A DNA stretch of 63,546 bases from an uncultured Dehalococcoidales bacterium (GCA_964354125.1 CAYGXW010000003.1:1-63546); one strand, 5' to 3'; shown: positions 26,225-35,944, counted from the stretch's first letter. Made by a program: numbers and translations. Notes: generated by a model from the letters alone, not told the origin.

Positions 26225-27193
26225 TTAACCTTCCAAATTATTAGCTTTCCTGGCGATAATGCAAACACTGTCGCCACAGATACCCGTCCGGAAAAGGGGG
26301 CATGATACCCTCTTGATAACAGCGATGGTTACCCTTCCCAGCAGCCCACGAGAGCAACGGTTAAAAAAGCCGTAGACCATTAATAAAATACGAAAGCTGC
26401 TCCTAACTCGTGATGTTCCTGTCTCAGAGTCGTTTAGGAGAAACAGAGACTTCCAGTAGCGCCAGCCGCGGCTGTGTCTTACCATCCTTTTTGGTGTGAA
26501 ACCAGCCCTTACTAGCAGACATTTAAGCGTTTTAGGGGTGAACTGCCAGATGTGGCAATCGGGGTCAAGGGATGTACAACGCTCCTTCTGAAACCGGGCG
26601 GTAAGAGTGCTGATATCCGGTGTGTCAATAACCAGAATACCATCCGGCTTCAATATTCGCCTTGCTTCTTTAAGAAGCTCAAGTGGCTGCGGGATATGCT
26701 CAAGGAGGTGAACCATTGAGATAGCATCAAAAAAGCCGTCCTTGAAACCGGCGTCATTCAGGGTGGAATTTGCCACCTTCAACCCGATGCTCTCAGCGTA
26801 CTTGCAGTGTGCCTGAGAAAGCTCAACCCCATAGGTATCCCAACTGTTACTTCTTGCTAGGTCAAGCAGGTTACCAACGCCGCAGCCAATGTCTAATAGT
26901 CTGTCACCATCTTTCTCCCTTTCAATCTCTTTCAGCATCTCGGAGGAGATTGAGCGGTAAATATACCGGTTGCTTACGGTTTCATTCTCAATGGCATCAG
27001 TAGCCCACTCTGGCGATTCATAGGTGGTGATATTGCCATCGTAGGGAACGGGGTAGGTGCGAGCCAGACCACAACTAGCACACCTCAATATCTGGAAATC
27101 AAAGGGGTGCTCCACCCTTATTGACCACGTCCCCTTAAATAGGGTGGTATAGTCTTTTGAGCCGCAAGGACATAGTAGTTCTTTGTCAGCCAT
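26225..27193 (-). CDS. Class I SAM-dependent methyltransferase with N-terminal Cys4 zinc ribbon
   Basis: CPCGS...CASCG, then SAM motif I LLDIGCGVGNLL. 322 aa. Confidence 0.8.
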   Translation of the reverse strand: MADKELLCPCGSKDYTTLFKGTWSIRVEHPFDFQILRCASCGLARTYPVPYDGNITTYESPEWATDAIENETVSNRYIYRSISSEMLKEIEREKDGDRLLDIGCGVGNLLDLARSNSWDTYGVELSQAHCKYAESIGLKVANSTLNDAGFKDGFFDAISMVHLLEHIPQPLELLKEARRILKPDGILVIDTPDISTLTARFQKERCTSLDPDCHIWQFTPKTLKCLLVRAGFTPKRMVRHSRGWRYWKSLFLLNDSETGTSRVRSSFRILLMVYGFFNRCSRGLLGRVTIAVIKRVSCPLFRTGICGDSVCIIARKANNLEG

Positions 27194-27194
27194 A

Positions 27195-28241
27195 CTAACT
27201 CTCTTTAATCTTGGTGGCTACAATGTCAAATGATGGACTCAGGATGGGGATTACGAACCCCGGTGAGCTTTTTAGAATAGGTGACAGTATCTTGGCAGCT
27301 ATAATTTTCCAGGGCTTGTGGCTTCTGGCTCCAAGATAAGCCCAACACGGAGGGACAAATCTGCAACGAAAATCCCTCCTCTCAAGTCTCTTAACCAGGG
27401 TGAAGGGGTTAAAGCTGAGTTCAGAGAACTCCCCAGTGTACGGATTTCGGTAGGGAAAGAAAATCTGCTCTTCAATCTTACCCGTTTCCAGGAAGTTCTT
27501 GGTAGCTCTGGTTATCTGTTCACCCCACATCCCCTGCGTTTTTTGGGCGATGGTTTTTAATGTATTTTGGTCTAGCTCAGGATAGGATTGGCTAATGATT
27601 TCCATCCTAGCCTGGAAAAAAGGCAGGCGGTCGACCTGACGACCATGATGAGCCATATACTCATCGATAGGTCCATACTCAGACTTCTGCCATCTTTTCC
27701 TCAGACCGCGCCTCCTGATAAAGAAGAGGTCATTATTACCATCACTAATGTATAATACTCCTGAAGGTCTCAGCACCTCTTTTACTTTATCCAGCAAGAG
27801 GTTAGTATCTCGGATGTGAGAGATTGCTTCATGAAGGATTACTACATCAAACGAGTTTGGTTGGTAATCGCCAAGCAGGAAGTCTTCGTTTCTTATCGTT
27901 ATATTTAGATCGGGAAGTTTCTTTAGTAGCGTTTTAAAGCCAGAGAGCATATCGCTTGAAATATCAACACCGAAGCAGCTCTTACAACCTAACAGGGAGA
28001 TACAGATTGACCTCAAACCAAAGCCACAGCCAATGTCCAAAAACTCCTTTTTCTCAATATCCGGTAGATTCAGCAGCCTCAATATTGTTGCGGTGTCATC
28101 AAAGTAGCCTTTTATTTCCTCTCTTGTTGTCACAGCCTGACCGAAGTAATCAAAAAACAGAGGTGGCATCTCCTGGGTTAGATTTGGGTCGAGAAGAACC
28201 TTACAGAGACGTTCTAAGCCGTCTAAATATTCTTGCTTCAT
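27195..28241 (-). CDS. Class I SAM-dependent methyltransferase
   Basis: Motif I FLDIGCGFGLRS. The ATG at 28241 (MKQEYLD) follows GGAGG. The ORF track opens at 28274. Confidence 0.75.
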   Translation of the reverse strand: MKQEYLDGLERLCKVLLDPNLTQEMPPLFFDYFGQAVTTREEIKGYFDDTATILRLLNLPDIEKKEFLDIGCGFGLRSICISLLGCKSCFGVDISSDMLSGFKTLLKKLPDLNITIRNEDFLLGDYQPNSFDVVILHEAISHIRDTNLLLDKVKEVLRPSGVLYISDGNNDLFFIRRRGLRKRWQKSEYGPIDEYMAHHGRQVDRLPFFQARMEIISQSYPELDQNTLKTIAQKTQGMWGEQITRATKNFLETGKIEEQIFFPYRNPYTGEFSELSFNPFTLVKRLERRDFRCRFVPPCWAYLGARSHKPWKIIAAKILSPILKSSPGFVIPILSPSFDIVATKIKES

Positions 28242-28257
28242 TAATAACCTCCTCTGA

Positions 28258-29157
28258 CTAGGCATCAAAGTCATAAGATTTATCAGGCCTCCCCAGTAGC
28301 TCGTCCCTTACCCCTCGGTACAGGGAGAGACAGACCCCGGGCTTTCGGCGTAGTATCAGCAGTACGCCACTTCTAAGCCACAGCTCAAAGCCGAAAAACC
28401 AGAGGATGAAGGAGGCAAATTGCCTCGGTGTGGCATATTTTTTCATAAACCAGAACCGGTTTCTGGTGGCATAGTATTCATAGAAACCGCTCATTTTCTT
28501 AATGGAATAGGTGCCCTTATGCCACAGCCTTGCTTTTAGGGCGCAGACTATCTTGAAGCCAGCCCTTCTGGCACGGGTGCAGTAATCTGTGTCTTCCCAG
28601 TAGGCGAAGTACCTGGAATCATAGAGGCCGATTTTATCTATCACCTGCTTCTTGATTAACGCCGAACCGAGGTAGTCAATCTCTAGCGTGTCAACACCAG
28701 TATCAGCAGACTGGAGGTGATAGCATTTTCCCTTGTTCCAGTCTATCATGCCACCGGCTGACTGGATTTCATCCGGCTTGTCGGCGGAATAGGTCAGGGG
28801 TACCACGATGCCAATTTCAGGATTGCCCTCAGCAATCCTGACCATCTCCCTCAGCATATTTTTGTCAAGAGTGGTGTCATTATTCAGCACCAGCATATAA
28901 TCCATACCCCTCTCTAGGGCATACCTGGCACCGATATTCTGCCCTTCAGCAACGCCGACATTATGGCTGTTTTTAACCAGTTGAAAGTGAGGAAAATTCC
29001 TAGTCATTTCTGCCTGGGAGCCATCTGTTGAGCCATTGTCCACCACCACCACCTCATAGTTGGGGTAGTCCAGCCCCTCTATGGACTTGAGGCATTCTTT
29101 TAATACCTCTTTTTCATTCCAGTTCAGTATGTTGATGAATACCTTGGGGTAATCCAT
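28258..29157 (-). CDS. GT2-family glycosyltransferase
   Basis: ILNWNEKE...VVVVDNGSTDGS...VLNNDT. 299 aa. Confidence 0.85.
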   Translation of the reverse strand: MDYPKVFINILNWNEKEVLKECLKSIEGLDYPNYEVVVVDNGSTDGSQAEMTRNFPHFQLVKNSHNVGVAEGQNIGARYALERGMDYMLVLNNDTTLDKNMLREMVRIAEGNPEIGIVVPLTYSADKPDEIQSAGGMIDWNKGKCYHLQSADTGVDTLEIDYLGSALIKKQVIDKIGLYDSRYFAYWEDTDYCTRARRAGFKIVCALKARLWHKGTYSIKKMSGFYEYYATRNRFWFMKKYATPRQFASFILWFFGFELWLRSGVLLILRRKPGVCLSLYRGVRDELLGRPDKSYDFDA

Positions 29158-29888
29158 TATACTACTCGTCTCAGTTCAAAAGGCTGAACTCTCTTGCTTA
29201 TCAGGCTCATGTCCTGGGTCAGCGGTGGCCCGGAATATTCAACTAGGGTCATCGGCTGTATATCTGGCGTGGTTATCTTTGCCAGTTCAAAGACGCTTAA
29301 TTTTTCCTTGCCGCAGATGTGAACCACTCCGGTTAACCTCTGGTCAGCTATTTTTTTGATAGCCATTGCTAAATCATCAGCAAATAGATAAGTCCCCCAC
29401 CTGTCGGTGAAAGCCTTGGCATAAGGCCATTTCTCCCTGGCAGCGAAGTTGGTTCTGACAATAAGACGGTTAGCCTGAGGGTAATGGCTGATGGCAAACT
29501 CGCCGAGCAGTTTGCTTAAGCTATAGAAGTTTTTGGGGTAGGGTATGTCATCTTCGGCATAGTTACCTCTGTCGCCATAAAAGACGCAGGCAGTGGAGAT
29601 ATAGATAAAGTAGCAGTCATTATTAAGAGTCAGACAGGCATCTACTAAAGCTCCGGCTCCCAGCACATTGGTTTTCCAGGCTAATTCCTTATCTTCCTCG
29701 CACTCCCTGATGCCGGTTAAGGCTGCAGTATGTATCACCATATCCGGCTTATGTTTTGATATGTAGTCATAAATAGTCTTTGCATTGGTTAAATCCATTT
29801 CCCGACGGCTGTGAGCCAGTGACCCTGGGTAAACCTTCTTAAGCTGGCTGCCGAGCTTACCCGACCCCCCAGTAATTAGCACTGTCAT
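29157..29888 (-). CDS. Short SDR, RmlD-like nucleotide-sugar 4-reductase
   Basis: ITGGSGKLGSQL and YSLSK. 243 aa. TAATG one-base overlap with the downstream GT2 gene. Confidence 0.65.
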   Translation of the reverse strand: MTVLITGGSGKLGSQLKKVYPGSLAHSRREMDLTNAKTIYDYISKHKPDMVIHTAALTGIRECEEDKELAWKTNVLGAGALVDACLTLNNDCYFIYISTACVFYGDRGNYAEDDIPYPKNFYSLSKLLGEFAISHYPQANRLIVRTNFAAREKWPYAKAFTDRWGTYLFADDLAMAIKKIADQRLTGVVHICGKEKLSVFELAKITTPDIQPMTLVEYSGPPLTQDMSLISKRVQPFELRRVV

Positions 29889-29919
29889 CGGTACTCCCCC
29901 TTTCTGGGTGATTCAGCCT

Positions 29920-30909
29920 TTATACCAGCTTTTCTTTCCTCAATAGAGAGATGAGTTCAGCTTGGTTAAGCATCCGGGCGTTATTGGAGGTGTATTCCTT
30001 AATCTCTCCAGCCAACGAAGCCTTTTCTGTAACACCATGAGGACGGATAATAAAATATGTTTCCATCTCAACTGCCCTGAGCATCTCCTCTTCCGAAACT
30101 AAAACCTCATCAATCTTCTCACCCTGTCTGATGCCGACCTCTTTTATTGGATAATCATCCCTACCTGTCATCGTCTTAGCCATCGCCTTGGCCAAGTCTG
30201 TTATGTAGCAGGCTGGCATCTTCCTGACAAAAAGTTCTCCACCTTTACCCTGAATCGTAGCTTCAAATACCAGGTCAACCGCCTCCCTCAGAGTCAAGAT
30301 GAATCTTGTCATTTTAGAATGCGTAATGGGTAAAAATTTGCCTTCTTCTATTCGCTGCTTAAAGTAAGGGATTACGCTGCCTCGGCTACCAAGCACATTG
30401 CCATAGCGGACGCAAATGAACTTTGTCCCCCATTTATGGCTATCGGGGTTAAGCATTATCCTTTCCTGTACAGCCTTGGTCATACCCATTACATTAACCG
30501 GTTTTACTGCTTTATCGGTGCTTATGGTGACTACCGCTTCAACCTTGTTCTCTATTGCTGCTCTTCTCACATTGTCGGCGCCGAGAACATTGGTCTTTAC
30601 TGCTTCAAGGGGATGGGACTCACAGTTTGGGACTTGCTTCAATGCTGCTGCATGGTATACAAGGTCTATTTTTTTCATTGACTCATAAACCCGTGCATAA
30701 TCCCGCACATCGCCGACAATAAATTCTAGCAACCGGTTGTAGTCCTCAAATTCATTTGCCATATCGTATTGTTTCTTCTCATCTCGGCTGAAGACTACGA
30801 TACGGCTTGGATGGAAATTAACCATCTGGCAAACAATTTGATGCCCAAAGCTGCCGGTGCCTCCGGTGATGAGAATGTTTTTACCCTTTACATATTCTTT
30901 GATGTCCAT
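29920..30909 (-). CDS. Second PseB/WbjB/CapE-like UDP-N-acetylglucosamine 4,6-dehydratase
   Basis: ITGGTGSFGHQ and AALKQVPNCESHPLEAVKTNVLGADNV...STDKAVKPVNVMGMTK. The ATG at 30909 (MDIKEY) follows GGAGG. The ORF track opens at 30954. Confidence 0.8.
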   Translation of the reverse strand: MDIKEYVKGKNILITGGTGSFGHQIVCQMVNFHPSRIVVFSRDEKKQYDMANEFEDYNRLLEFIVGDVRDYARVYESMKKIDLVYHAAALKQVPNCESHPLEAVKTNVLGADNVRRAAIENKVEAVVTISTDKAVKPVNVMGMTKAVQERIMLNPDSHKWGTKFICVRYGNVLGSRGSVIPYFKQRIEEGKFLPITHSKMTRFILTLREAVDLVFEATIQGKGGELFVRKMPACYITDLAKAMAKTMTGRDDYPIKEVGIRQGEKIDEVLVSEEEMLRAVEMETYFIIRPHGVTEKASLAGEIKEYTSNNARMLNQAELISLLRKEKLV

Positions 30910-30913
30910 TATT

Positions 30914-31615
30914 CTATCCTCCTTCAAGTCTGACCAGAACGACCTTGCGTACACTTGGTGTTTGATGTTTGGTTAGCCTGTATAGTATCACGTTATGGAG
31001 GGCATTGGTAATCAGGCTAAGAGGATAAAGTATCACCGAACGCCCGGCTAGGAAATGCCATTTCAGCATCTTCACCCATAAACATAACGAGCCGTTATCA
31101 TAAACATCATACTTGTGTCTATTGAGATACTCTGCTATCTGCTTGAATTCAGGTAGTCCTTGAGAGACGCCGGGTCTCAGCCAGAGATAATCCTCTCCAT
31201 ATAGCTTACGGTAAAATTTATTACACTCCTCCTCCGCCTTTAGCATCGCTGGCTCAGCAATCGGTGAAGTAATAATGATATAATTTCTGGCTGCCCTGAT
31301 TAGTTCGGATAAGAACATTCCACGCTCATCGCCGGGAATATACTGTAGGGTATCTACACTGATAACACCATCAAAGGAGCCATCCTGGAAGGGCAGCTTG
31401 GTGCCATCGCCGATAACATCACCCCGTTTTACATCAAGGACTATTATCTCCTTATCCTTCAGGAAGCGCCTTATGACACCAGCACCTCCGCCCACATCCA
31501 GGATAGTCTGGCTTTCTAGCTTGGCGATAAGCTCGGAGACAAATTTGTAGCGCTGGTACTCATCAAAGGAGAGAGCCAGTACCGTCGGTAAGTAGCGGCT
31601 GAACCAGCCTTTCAT
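30914..31615 (-). CDS. Class I SAM-dependent methyltransferase
   Basis: Motif I ILDVGGGAGV. The start at 31615 (MKGWFSRY) gives an ATGA overlap with the upstream stop. The ORF track opens at 31699. Confidence 0.75.
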   Translation of the reverse strand: MKGWFSRYLPTVLALSFDEYQRYKFVSELIAKLESQTILDVGGGAGVIRRFLKDKEIIVLDVKRGDVIGDGTKLPFQDGSFDGVISVDTLQYIPGDERGMFLSELIRAARNYIIITSPIAEPAMLKAEEECNKFYRKLYGEDYLWLRPGVSQGLPEFKQIAEYLNRHKYDVYDNGSLCLWVKMLKWHFLAGRSVILYPLSLITNALHNVILYRLTKHQTPSVRKVVLVRLEGG

Positions 31616-32565
31616 GATTTCATTTTCCTCCAGCTTACCCCGTTGGCTGAAGTAGCCAGTCCAAGGTGACTGTATTTGCCATCGTGCCCTCGATACCACA
31701 TATAGTATTCATTGCCCATCTTCATCACCCAGCAGTCGGCGGCATAGGTATCATCCCAGGCATTTTTGTCCAGGTCAAGGACCGGATTGGTCTCAGACTT
31801 ATGCCAGTTCTTACCGTCTTTTGAGGTAGCCAAGCCAATACGGGTATTGAGACCATTAATTCCGGAGTAATACATATAGTACATACTGTCTTTCTTGATA
31901 ACGCAGGGCCTGTCCATACCGTCGTTCTCCCATGTGCCGGGGATACCTTTTAATATTGGATTGGAGTCATGTTTGACCCAGCTTTGACAATCATAAGAGG
32001 TAGCCAGACCGATGCCCCGGGGTATCTCACCTGCGGCATACCACATCTGGTATCTGCCATCAACCTCAAGAACGCAGGGGCCGAAAATACTGTGCGACTC
32101 CCAGCCCTCTTCAGGGGACAGCACCGGGTTAGCCGGGGACTTTTTCCAGCTTATGCCATCGCCGCTGCTCGTTGCCAGACCAATGCTGACATACCACCCC
32201 CCTTTCTTCAAAACTCTGGCGCCGGCATACCACATATAAAGCTTATCCTCGACCTTAACGACACACGGATTATATATATGGGTGCCCTCCCAGGAATCAG
32301 AAGCCCCTAACTCAAGTAGCGGGTTCTTAGTATTTTTATTCCAGTTCTTGCCATTACTGCCGGTGGCTAATCCGATTCTGAGATTTCTACCATCATAGCC
32401 GGTATACCACATATAATACCTGTCCCCAAGTTTAAGAACACAGGGGTCAAGTATGAAGTAGCTATCCCAGGCCCCCCTTTCCCCCCTATGCAGGATTATG
32501 CCCGACATATCAGTCTTTTTGCCTTTTAGAGCTTGGCAGACCCGATGCAGATTATACCTCAGCAT
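31612..32565 (-). CDS. Five-bladed beta-propeller with Asp-box-like motifs (GH43/GH130/sialidase-like superfamily), no signal peptide seen
   Basis: Five sequence repeats of the form W..........PCV.K....YYMWY.G......IGLATS.DG..W.K...NP.L. Confidence 0.55.
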   Translation of the reverse strand: MLRYNLHRVCQALKGKKTDMSGIILHRGERGAWDSYFILDPCVLKLGDRYYMWYTGYDGRNLRIGLATGSNGKNWNKNTKNPLLELGASDSWEGTHIYNPCVVKVEDKLYMWYAGARVLKKGGWYVSIGLATSSGDGISWKKSPANPVLSPEEGWESHSIFGPCVLEVDGRYQMWYAAGEIPRGIGLATSYDCQSWVKHDSNPILKGIPGTWENDGMDRPCVIKKDSMYYMYYSGINGLNTRIGLATSKDGKNWHKSETNPVLDLDKNAWDDTYAADCWVMKMGNEYYMWYRGHDGKYSHLGLATSANGVSWRKMKS

Positions 32566-32613
32566 TTTTCAAACCTACCTTTGCTGTTATTGATATATTG
32601 CCCTTAGATAAAC

Positions 32614-34782
32614 TCATCTCAGTATTTCGCTGCCCCCGTTGGTATATATTTTGTTCTTGCTGCTTAGTGATGGATAGATTTCAGAGATATGCCACATATT
32701 TCCGGCGAGCAAAACCTCCGGGGCTAAGCCATAGCGAACATTGAGGTATCCCAGATAGACATAATCATCCCCGGGCTGATATTCGTCGGATAGGGAATAT
32801 TTGAAAGAGTCCTCCTCATGCAGTAGCCCATAAGCGGGAAGCACCTGGCCCCTGCGGATTATATCAGCATATATCTTTACCTGGCTATCCCCGTATTGAG
32901 AAAGCCATCTGGTAGAATAAACCTCCTGCTCGGGAATGATTGTAGAATAAAAGGATCCCAGGCGGGTCTCATTCCCGTACTGCGCAATCTTCTCCTGACT
33001 TAAAGAGATCGAGTTTGGGTCTTCATTGGCAAGCTCATAGATAAAGCCAATATTGAAAAGGAAATACGATATTAGAATAAACGAACCAATGAGCTTGACC
33101 ATATTAACAGCATAGGAAGAACTGAGTCTGAATAGTTTCGCTAACCCACCGATAATTATGATACCACCGATAATGGCAAACGGGGCTAGGAATAGGGTCA
33201 TTAGGAAGTACCATCGGCCAAAGTTCATTCCCGTGGTCCACGGAACCAAGACACTGGTTGCCACTATGATAAAGCTAAGCAGAGAAAATGAGATATATTC
33301 ACTACAAAAACTTACCGGGCGGCGCCTTGCCAGCATTATGAGCAGTTTAAGAACTCCCACTCCGATGAAGATGGGCATTATGGCATAGATGACTCTTGCT
33401 ACCTGGCGTATTGGGAGGCTTGTCTCCATAGGTACAACTGCCATTACCTCATACTCTGCCGGATTGAAAAGACTGGCAAGGTTGCTATAGATGTGGCCTC
33501 CGGTATTGACCAGAGCCTCGAAGGTACTTAAGTGTACGGCATACATATACCAGCTCAACGCCAGTACTACAAACAACAGGATAGAGCCAAAGGTGAAGGC
33601 GACACTCCTACCTTTAAGCCACGGGATAAAGGAGGTAGCTACAAAGGCAACCAATAAGAATATTATAAATAGGTAAGACGTCCCATAGTGTGAGGTAACC
33701 AGTCCTAGCGCAAAAAGAATAAACAGAAAACGGTTACTAGCCGTATTTAAGCGGCGGGCAATAATCAGTATTACCATCAGGACGAGGAAAAATACTGCAA
33801 TCTCCTGTTTGGCTATTGACAGTATCTGGGTATAGATACCGCTGAGAGACACCAGGAAAAAGAGGGCCAAAAAGGCGATTTTCTTATCGCTCTGCTCTCG
33901 ATACACATGGTACAAACCAAGCATCGCCAGAGCGAAGAGGAAGGGATAGATAGCCTTAAATACCCACGCCCCTTCAATACCAGCCATAGAGGAATACATC
34001 ATCGGCAGTATGGTACAGCTTAAAACACTGTTACTCTGATAGGGGATTGTTGTATCCCAGTATAGATTTAGGTTTGTCAGCTGGTAGGTGTAATACTCAA
34101 CCTTTATGTCAGTTCCTGTAAGGTAGGGTGATATTAGCGAGAGGTGATAGAAGAGGGAGAGGGCAACTGAAAACGCCGCCAGGGGATATAACTCTTCCGG
34201 GATGAAGCGCCCAAAGGCGACCAAAACTGCGGTCAGGGCTACCAGGGCGATTAATATCATTAGGATAATATTGGACTGGTAATAATTAACAAAAAGAACT
34301 CCGATAACACTCAGCAGTGGAAGCAACAATAGAAACAATGCCGGGGGCGAGAGGATATTGCTTGCTTTCAGGCATGATGGCTCGGCGAAGTCTCTATCGC
34401 GGTAGTAGCTCACGATGGTTAACACAGCCAGAATGGCAACCGTGGTGGTAATTAAAGGAGGTGTTGCCAGTGGATATAACAGGCCAAAGGCGGGGTAAAC
34501 AGCATTAACGATAAAGCCGACCATCATCAGAAAGATGATGCTCAAGCCAACGGCATAGAGAATGTTCTCAACCAGGCTTAACCTGTGTATCTTTAGCAGA
34601 CGAAGAATGATAAAGCCGGGAATGAAGGTAAGGTAAATAAATCCAACGCTCTCCCTGATAGCTGGGATATCAAAGCCGCTAAGATAGAGCCCGGTTACCG
34701 CCATTATTGACACATGGGCGGTTATCGTCAAAGCTAAGAATCTGTTAATTTCCCAATCGTTTATCTGTAGGGGATTTCTCAT
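32614..34782 (-). CDS. Large polytopic membrane protein, DUF2206-like (GT-C-like architecture) with C-terminal soluble domain
   Basis: 722 aa, more than 12 TM helices. The N-terminus (INDWEINRFLALTI...GFIYLTFIPGFIILRLLKIHRL) and the C-terminal end (KIYTNGGSEILR) match my memory of archaeal DUF2206 proteins. Confidence 0.5.
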   Translation of the reverse strand: MRNPLQINDWEINRFLALTITAHVSIMAVTGLYLSGFDIPAIRESVGFIYLTFIPGFIILRLLKIHRLSLVENILYAVGLSIIFLMMVGFIVNAVYPAFGLLYPLATPPLITTTVAILAVLTIVSYYRDRDFAEPSCLKASNILSPPALFLLLLPLLSVIGVLFVNYYQSNIILMILIALVALTAVLVAFGRFIPEELYPLAAFSVALSLFYHLSLISPYLTGTDIKVEYYTYQLTNLNLYWDTTIPYQSNSVLSCTILPMMYSSMAGIEGAWVFKAIYPFLFALAMLGLYHVYREQSDKKIAFLALFFLVSLSGIYTQILSIAKQEIAVFFLVLMVILIIARRLNTASNRFLFILFALGLVTSHYGTSYLFIIFLLVAFVATSFIPWLKGRSVAFTFGSILLFVVLALSWYMYAVHLSTFEALVNTGGHIYSNLASLFNPAEYEVMAVVPMETSLPIRQVARVIYAIMPIFIGVGVLKLLIMLARRRPVSFCSEYISFSLLSFIIVATSVLVPWTTGMNFGRWYFLMTLFLAPFAIIGGIIIIGGLAKLFRLSSSYAVNMVKLIGSFILISYFLFNIGFIYELANEDPNSISLSQEKIAQYGNETRLGSFYSTIIPEQEVYSTRWLSQYGDSQVKIYADIIRRGQVLPAYGLLHEEDSFKYSLSDEYQPGDDYVYLGYLNVRYGLAPEVLLAGNMWHISEIYPSLSSKNKIYTNGGSEILR

Positions 34783-34797
34783 AATAGTGCACCTGCT

Positions 34798-35883
34798 TTA
34801 CCCTTTTCCGGCCATAACTTCCTGATAGACCTGAACGGTCTTTTCCGCAATCTTATCCCATGATAAGTCTCTCTTTAGCTTGCGGTATCCGTTTTCACCC
34901 ATCTCTTTCCTTAAAGCATCGTCCTTAAGCAACCTGACTATTACATATGCCAGTGCCATTTCATCTCCTGCCGGCACGATGTAGCCGGTTTTCCCGTTGT
35001 CCACCACTTCAGACAAACTACCCACGTCGGTTACCACCGCCGGTTTTTTAAAGGCATAGGCTACCGGGACAACCCCGCTCTGAGACGCCTCAATATAGGG
35101 TAATGCTACCAGAGAGCACCTTTCAAACAGCTCAGCTGCCTGTTTATGGTCAATGTAGTGATTGTGAACGACGAAATTTTCCCTATTTACCATCAGCCGC
35201 CGGTACTTTTCAAAGTTCTCCCCCCTGCCGGCGATGACTATTTTTGCCCCCGGTACTTCCTTGGTAATCAATGGCTCTGCCCGAATCAGATATTCCAGCC
35301 CCTTATACTGATATATCCTGCCGAAGAAAAGGATTATGTTTCCCTCTTCTTTTAACCCCTTTTCATATTTCTTTAGTGGGGCTACATTGTGCTCACCGAT
35401 GGGTATGACATGGATTCTGTCGGCTGGGTAGCTTTCCTTGAGTAACCCTTTTATCTGACTTCCGTGAACGAAAATGCGCTCTGAATACTTTCTCGTTAAA
35501 AATAGAAGTAGTCTGGTTCTCAGATAGTTTTCTCCCAGATGGGGTCTAACATCATGAAGGGTGCTTACCAGGTGATGCCCTTTTCCCCTTAAACAGGGTA
35601 ACAACAAGGAGAAAAACAAATGTCCTCCTTGAAGATGAATAATATCTGGTTTGAAGGTGCGTAACTGCTTTAACATCTTTAAGATTAGAAGTATGTTTGT
35701 CGGAGAATAAAACCGCGGTTGATGATAGATATACTTCCTGACTCGCTCCCCAATATCTCCAATATGCTCCCTCAAATGCTCATCAGGCAGTAGTAGAAGG
35801 GCATCTATATCCTTCTCCGCTAGAGCATTAGTTAGCTGAATAGTATAGTCAATAAAACCAAAACCAAAGCAGGCAACTCGCAT
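34798..35883 (-). CDS. GT4-family (GT-B) glycosyltransferase
   Basis: LPYIEASQSGVVPVAYAFKKPAVV and GYIVP motifs. 361 aa. Confidence 0.8.
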   Translation of the reverse strand: MRVACFGFGFIDYTIQLTNALAEKDIDALLLLPDEHLREHIGDIGERVRKYIYHQPRFYSPTNILLILKMLKQLRTFKPDIIHLQGGHLFFSLLLPCLRGKGHHLVSTLHDVRPHLGENYLRTRLLLFLTRKYSERIFVHGSQIKGLLKESYPADRIHVIPIGEHNVAPLKKYEKGLKEEGNIILFFGRIYQYKGLEYLIRAEPLITKEVPGAKIVIAGRGENFEKYRRLMVNRENFVVHNHYIDHKQAAELFERCSLVALPYIEASQSGVVPVAYAFKKPAVVTDVGSLSEVVDNGKTGYIVPAGDEMALAYVIVRLLKDDALRKEMGENGYRKLKRDLSWDKIAEKTVQVYQEVMAGKG

Positions 35884-35944
35884 CCTTGTTTATACCTTAT
35901 CTCTCCTGCTACATCAGGTAGGTATTTAGCTCCTGTATTTCATA

